Assembly: GCA_016190625.1 (NCBI GenBank) | Contig: JACPQF010000089.1 | Coordinates: 1-61,655 of the forward strand | Direction: 5' to 3' | Source: Chloroflexota bacterium | GTDB taxonomy: Bacteria > Chloroflexota > Dehalococcoidia > JACPQF01 | Length of the DNA: 61,655 nucleotides | Shown here: piece by piece, positions 58,918-61,655 of the stretch | How positions within the stretch are numbered: position 1 is the stretch's first letter | How the letters are laid out: the number at the start of each line of letters is the position of its first letter | Program-made: the position numbers and the translations under genes | The notes under the pieces: generated by a model | What the model was told of the DNA's origin: nothing | Seen by the model: only the letters and a program-made list of their open reading frames with translations | Database searches by the model: none

Positions 58918-59763
58918 GTGCCTTCGTGCTTAGCCGTTCCTGCCAGGCCGTTTCTCAAATGGGCCGGCGGGAAGCAGCGGTTGCTCGGACAGTACGAGGC
59001 CTGTTTTCCGGCCACGTTTGACCGTTACGTCGAGCCATTCATCGGCGGGGGAGCGGTATTCTTCCACTTGTGGAATACCGGCAGGGTGCCCGCTGGCGCT
59101 CTTCTCTTTGACAATAATCCGGAGTTGGTTGATACTTATGCGGCGGTCAGGGACAGCGTTGATGAGCTCATTGAACGCCTGCGGCTGCACAAGGAGAGAC
59201 ATGACCGCGACTACTACTATGCCGTCAGAGACGCCGACCGGCAGGACCATCGCCCTAGCGGGGTGGAGAGAGCGGCCCGGACCATCTACCTTAACAAGAC
59301 CTGTTACAACGGCCTGTATAGGGTCAACAGCGAAGGACAGTTTAACGTGCCCGTGGGGAGCTACAAGAATCCTCGGATCCTCGATGAGAGTCATCTTAGG
59401 ACAGCCAGCAGGGCATTGCAGAAAGCCAACCTCGATGTGAGGGGCTTCGAACGCCTGCTCGAGGTAGGCCGGGCCGGAGATTTCATCTACTTCGACCCGC
59501 CATACGATCCGGTGAGCAGGACCGCCAGCTTCACGGGCTACACGGCAAAGCGCTTTGGAGATGAGGATCAGCGCAAGCTTGCCAGGGTCTTCGCGAAATT
59601 GTCGGATCGCGGATGCTGGTGCATGCTCAGCAATTCCCATACGCCGTTGGTTTTGCAGCTCTATCGTGAGTTCAGAATCGAGGTCGTGGAGGCGAATAGG
59701 GCGATCAATTCGAAGGCTAACGGCAGGGGCAGAGTAAATGAAGTCGTCGTTCTGAACTATTGA
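58918..59763 (+). CDS. Dam/DpnM-like (D12 class) N6-adenine DNA methyltransferase, orphan
   Basis: PFLKWAGGK, EPFIGGGAV, NGLYRVN, YFDPPY, MLSNS; start uncertain. Confidence 0.9.
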   Translation: MPSCLAVPARPFLKWAGGKQRLLGQYEACFPATFDRYVEPFIGGGAVFFHLWNTGRVPAGALLFDNNPELVDTYAAVRDSVDELIERLRLHKERHDRDYYYAVRDADRQDHRPSGVERAARTIYLNKTCYNGLYRVNSEGQFNVPVGSYKNPRILDESHLRTASRALQKANLDVRGFERLLEVGRAGDFIYFDPPYDPVSRTASFTGYTAKRFGDEDQRKLARVFAKLSDRGCWCMLSNSHTPLVLQLYREFRIEVVEANRAINSKANGRGRVNEVVVLNY

Positions 59764-59845
59764 CAGGGTTGCGATGTCTGAACCGCAGATTACATTGATT
59801 AGAGGATTTCGCAGATAGTATCGTTTGGCCGGCGAGGGCGAGCCG

Positions 59846-60622
59846 ATGACGACAGTCACATGCGGACGATGCCGGGGCGACTTAGCCGATGGCGCTAGGA
59901 ATAGTATTCTGGCTGATGGGGTAGGTCAGCCGGTCTGCGGCGAGTGCAGGCGAACGTTGCTGGCTCAGTTTGCCGCGACTCTGGCCGTTCTTGGCCTCGG
60001 CGTGGCTCTGTCGTCGGTGGTGGTAGACATGCCCGCTGCCCTGTTCGTCGCCTTCGGCGGTGGCCTATTAGTAGTCGCGGGGATGGCATACCGCTGGGAG
60101 AGGGTTGAGGCGAGTGCCCTCTGGGCGCGGATAAGGGTAGAGGCCACCCCCTCTACTCTCTACCCTCTACCCTCTACCCTATCTCACGTAGCCATATTCG
60201 GCGCCTTGTTCTCGGCCTACTACGTGGCCAACCTGGCCTGCGGCGACTGGAATCCGCTGGCGGTGGGGTGCAACGGCACTTGCAAAACGGTCATGTGGGG
60301 ATCGCTTGGCAGCATGGCCCTTCTGTCGACTGCCTATATCATGGGCTACCGGAAGGCGGTTTGGCCGATGCTGGGAGTGGCGGTTGTCCAGAACTACCCT
60401 CACTGCCAGTGCGAAAACGGCTTCTACGTCCAGGCCTTGGGGGTACAGCCCCTCTGTCTGATAGTTCCCACGCTGGTGGGACTGACGAATCTGTGGATGA
60501 TGCGTATAGGGACGTTCAAGCCGGTGGGCTTTGCCCTGATTCTGTCCCTGCTGGCCGGCGCCTTCGCCGTGGCCATAGCGCATCGGCTGGGCAGTGAGAT
60601 ATTGATTGGCTCGGTGGGCTGA
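59846..60622 (+). CDS. Cys-rich membrane protein of unknown function
   Basis: N-terminal CGRC...CGEC, several TM helices, ACGDW..GCNGTC, HCQC; ATG at 59846. Confidence 0.6.
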   Translation: MTTVTCGRCRGDLADGARNSILADGVGQPVCGECRRTLLAQFAATLAVLGLGVALSSVVVDMPAALFVAFGGGLLVVAGMAYRWERVEASALWARIRVEATPSTLYPLPSTLSHVAIFGALFSAYYVANLACGDWNPLAVGCNGTCKTVMWGSLGSMALLSTAYIMGYRKAVWPMLGVAVVQNYPHCQCENGFYVQALGVQPLCLIVPTLVGLTNLWMMRIGTFKPVGFALILSLLAGAFAVAIAHRLGSEILIGSVG

Positions 60623-60681
60623 TTCGGACCGTATTCTAGCGGTCCAAGTGGGGACCTCAGGATGGTCTTAGAGGTGTTGCA

Positions 60682-60903
60682 ATGCGGATCCAGTTAACGG
60701 CGGTTTTCAAGAAAGTGCCAGAAGGCTACATCGGCTTTGTCGAAGAGCTTCCTGGTGCCAATACACAAGGTGACACACTCGAAGAGGCGAGGGCTAATCT
60801 TGAAGAGGCGGTTAGGATGGTCTTAGAGGCGAATCGCGAATCGAGCGAGGAAACGCTCCAAGGGACAGACGTAATAAAGGAACCATTGAGACTGTCCGCG
60901 TGA
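60682..60903 (+). CDS. hicB: HicB family antitoxin
   Basis: [30 protein letters not shown]. Confidence 0.92.
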   Translation: MRIQLTAVFKKVPEGYIGFVEELPGANTQGDTLEEARANLEEAVRMVLEANRESSEETLQGTDVIKEPLRLSA

Positions 60904-60926
60904 AACGAGTCGACTTGATAAGACAT
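60900..60926 (+). pseudogene. Nine-codon HicA toxin stub (MKRVDLIRH)
   Basis: GTGA overlap with hicB; HicA-type N-terminus; runs in frame into carB. Confidence 0.6.
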
Positions 60927-60935
60927 GGAGCAACA

Positions 60936-61655
60936 ATGGCAAAGATCAGCAAGGTATTGGTAATAGGTTCAGGCCCAATTGTGATCGGGCAGGCGGCGGA
61001 GTTCGACTACGCCGGCACGCAGGCGTGCAAGGCGCTGCGGGAGGAAGGGGTCACTTCCGTTCTCGTCAACTCCAATCCCGCCACCATCATGACCGACCAG
61101 GGCATTGCCGATATCGTCTACATCGAGCCGCTTACGGTCGAAGCGCTGGAGCGCGTCATCGAGCGAGAGCGCCCGGACGGCCTTCTGCCCACTCTGGGCG
61201 GGCAAACCGGCCTAAACCTTGCAGTCGATCTTGCCGACGCCGGCGTGCTCGATAGATTCGGGGTGAAGCTACTCGGTACCTCCCTCGATACCATACGCAA
61301 GGCGGAAGACCGGGAACTGTTCAAGAAGATGCTGGTGGACATCGGCGAGCCGGTCCCCGAAAGCATCATCGCGACCACCATCGCCGAGGCGCGCCAGTTC
61401 GCCGAGCAGATCGGCTTCCCCATTATCGTCCGACCCGCTTATACTCTTGGGGGAACCGGCGGCGGCATCTCTTTCAGTCCGGAGGACCTTCCCACGGTCG
61501 TGGGCAACGGCCTCGCCGCCAGCCCCATTCGCCAGGTGCTGGTGGAGCGCTGCGTCCTCGGCTGGAAGGAGATCGAGTACGAGGTCATGCGGGACGCCGC
61601 CGACAACTGCATAACCGTCTGCAACATGGAGAACATCGACCCCATGGGCGTGCAC
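60936..61655 (+). CDS. carB: Carbamoyl-phosphate synthase large subunit (runs off the window)
   Basis: [51 protein letters not shown]; missing from the ORF track because no stop lies in the window. Confidence 0.97.
   Translation, partial: MAKISKVLVIGSGPIVIGQAAEFDYAGTQACKALREEGVTSVLVNSNPATIMTDQGIADIVYIEPLTVEALERVIERERPDGLLPTLGGQTGLNLAVDLADAGVLDRFGVKLLGTSLDTIRKAEDRELFKKMLVDIGEPVPESIIATTIAEARQFAEQIGFPIIVRPAYTLGGTGGGISFSPEDLPTVVGNGLAASPIRQVLVERCVLGWKEIEYEVMRDAADNCITVCNMENIDPMGVH

Overview
GC-rich bacterial chromosome segment. It is most likely from a monoderm Chloroflexota-type organism (inference from an LPXTG-anchored protein, YvcK with an N-terminal membrane extension, several family III CoA-transferases and a Tat-exported family-5 binding protein). 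Core loci: a minus-strand hisS(Z)-hisG-hisD-hisC-hisB operon, nfeD-stomatin, birA, gatB-yvcK, aroF, a PyrR-attenuated pyrR...carA...carB operon, and a probable oriC at about 52.75-53.0 kb with no dnaA beside it. Accessory content: two archaeal-type ATPases, a Uma2 nuclease, a fused type IIG R-M enzyme, a Dam-like methylase, hicB, two MITE families and GTAG REP-like repeats. Highlights missed by the ORF track: (1) a rhodanese that reads through two UGA codons (Y-U-T-U-P), with a SECIS-like hairpin; (2) a 32-aa YYWRFYF leader-peptide attenuator ahead of a DAHP synthase that lacks its regulatory domain; (3) a 15-16 nt TCCTTC-N3-4-GAAGGA mini-hairpin that replaces short segments, mostly loops, of unrelated non-coding elements, including the T-arm of tRNA-Gly; (4) a pyr operon in which two amidohydrolases and a PyrI-like zinc ribbon stand where pyrB-pyrC usually are; (5) a MITE-disrupted gene and a HicA stub in frame with carB. 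All assignments come from reading motifs by eye; no searches were run.
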